Shown in pieces: positions 63,079-64,000 of a stretch of DNA of 64,000 nucleotides. The notes below the pieces were generated by a model that worked only from the letters and a program-made list of their open reading frames with translations, made no database searches and was not told where the DNA came from. Source of the DNA: Eubacteriales bacterium (GTDB lineage: Bacteria > Bacillota > Clostridia > Oscillospirales > CAG-272); NCBI GenBank assembly GCA_045638805.1, contig JAZUBZ010000034.1:7458-71457 (forward strand), read 5' to 3'. The stretch's first letter is position 1. The number at the start of each line of letters is the position of its first letter. Made by a program: the position numbers and the translations under genes.

Positions 63079-64000
63079 TTATTCACCAAGCTCATCGTCA
63101 AGGTCGAGAAGACGGATGTCAAGCTCGTCATCCTCGTCCTCGGGAATGTCGAGTACGTCCTCTTCCGTATCGTCAGCCACAGCCGCCTTGATCTTTTCCT
63201 CAAGCTCAGCCATAAGTGTGGGGTTGGATTCGATGAAGTTACGTGCATTGTCGCGTCCCTGACCCAGACGGTTACCGTCGTAGGAGATCCACGCGCCGCT
63301 CTTTTCGATGATACCGCGGTTGATACCGATCTCAAGGATCTCACTGGATTTGGAGATTCCCTTGCCGTAGAGGATGTCAAATTCCGCTACCTTAAAGGGA
63401 GGAGCCACTTTGTTCTTTACAACCTTACACTTTACCTTATTTCCGTAGGTCTCGGTGCCTGACTTAAGCATTTCGGACTTGCGGATGTCGATACGGACGG
63501 AAGCGTAGAACTTAAGCGCCCGCCCTCCGGTGGTGGTCTCGGGGTTACCGTAAACTACGCCAACCTTCTCACGGAGCTGGTTGATGAAGATAACGATACA
63601 GTTGGTCTTTGCGATGATACCTGAAAGCTTACGGAGAGCCTGAGACATAAGTCTTGCCTGAAGACCTACGTGGGAAGCACCCATGTCGCCGTCGATCTCC
63701 TGCTGTGGAACGAGCGCCGCAACGGAGTCGATTACAACGATATCCAGAGCGTTGGAGCGAACGAGAGCCTCACAAATTTCAAGCGCCTGCTCGCCGCTGT
63801 CGGGCTGGGAAACGAGAAGCTCGTCGATATTTACGCCGAGAGCCTTTGCGTATACGGGATCAAGAGCGTGCTCAGCGTCGATAAACGCCGCCTCGCCGCC
63901 TGCCTTCTGTACTTCCGCGATAGCGTGGAGTGCAACGGTGGTCTTACCTGAGGATTCGGGACCGTAGATCTCAACGATACGTCCGCGGGGAAGACCGCCC
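63079..64000 (-). CDS. recA: Recombinase RecA, lacking the N-terminus (5' end outside the window)
   Basis: The frame stays open to the window edge: ...[25 protein letters not shown]...[38 protein letters not shown]... The listed ORF 63079..63684 is only the part after an internal Met. Confidence 0.95.
   Translation of the reverse strand, partial: GGLPRGRIVEIYGPESSGKTTVALHAIAEVQKAGGEAAFIDAEHALDPVYAKALGVNIDELLVSQPDSGEQALEICEALVRSNALDIVVIDSVAALVPQQEIDGDMGASHVGLQARLMSQALRKLSGIIAKTNCIVIFINQLREKVGVVYGNPETTTGGRALKFYASVRIDIRKSEMLKSGTETYGNKVKCKVVKNKVAPPFKVAEFDILYGKGISKSSEILEIGINRGIIEKSGAWISYDGNRLGQGRDNARNFIESNPTLMAELEEKIKAAVADDTEEDVLDIPEDEDDELDIRLLDLDDELGE

Overview
This 64-kb chromosomal segment reads like a Clostridia-class Firmicute. 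That placement is an inference from the T-box and tandem glycine riboswitch leaders, SLH-domain surface proteins, the yggS(ylmE)-sepF-yggT-ylmH-divIVA-lspA block, GGAGG-type RBSs and hairpin+T-run terminators. I call 57 protein-coding genes, two of them cut by the window edges (an aminotransferase on the left, recA on the right). I also call 2 tRNA genes (Ser-GGA, Pro-CGG), 1 valine-type T-box leader and 1 tandem glycine riboswitch, plus a set of promoters, terminators and repeats. All product names come from motifs I recognise by eye; no HMM or BLAST search was possible. The backbone is housekeeping: metH, a parvulin-type PPIase, cca, lspA, the late cell-division cluster, alr, rbfA-nrnA-truB, an SbcD/SbcC-like pair, valS and recA-recF-recX. 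It is interrupted by visibly AT-richer islets that carry orphan or accessory genes: GNAT+DUF559, two XRE+lipoprotein pairs, a SUKH/immunity-like protein, DUF1643 and an FHA-pseudokinase. I saw no CRISPR array, rRNA, transposase, integrase or obvious known defence operon. The most unusual signals are at the DNA/RNA level. (1) Both tRNA genes are followed by an inverted copy of their own 3' end; for tRNA-Pro this is a perfect 33-bp palindrome. (2) A conserved module of unknown function (31-nt core with 30 identical positions, similarity over roughly 60-100 nt) follows both tRNA genes. (3) A family of GTAGGG+hairpin (REP-like) elements has expanded the valS leader by about 400 nt between the T-box terminator and the start codon. 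(4) An inverted-repeat-flanked GNAT cassette sits next to a DUF559 gene. The gene-level oddities are:
- three tandem PHP phosphatase paralogs upstream of ynbB-metH;
- a zinc-ribbon-FHA-degenerate-kinase protein next to tRNA-Pro;
- a divergent pair of SLH metallophosphoesterase paralogs with homogenised C-termini;
- an SbcC-like ATPase with a membrane hairpin;
- recF placed between recA and recX.
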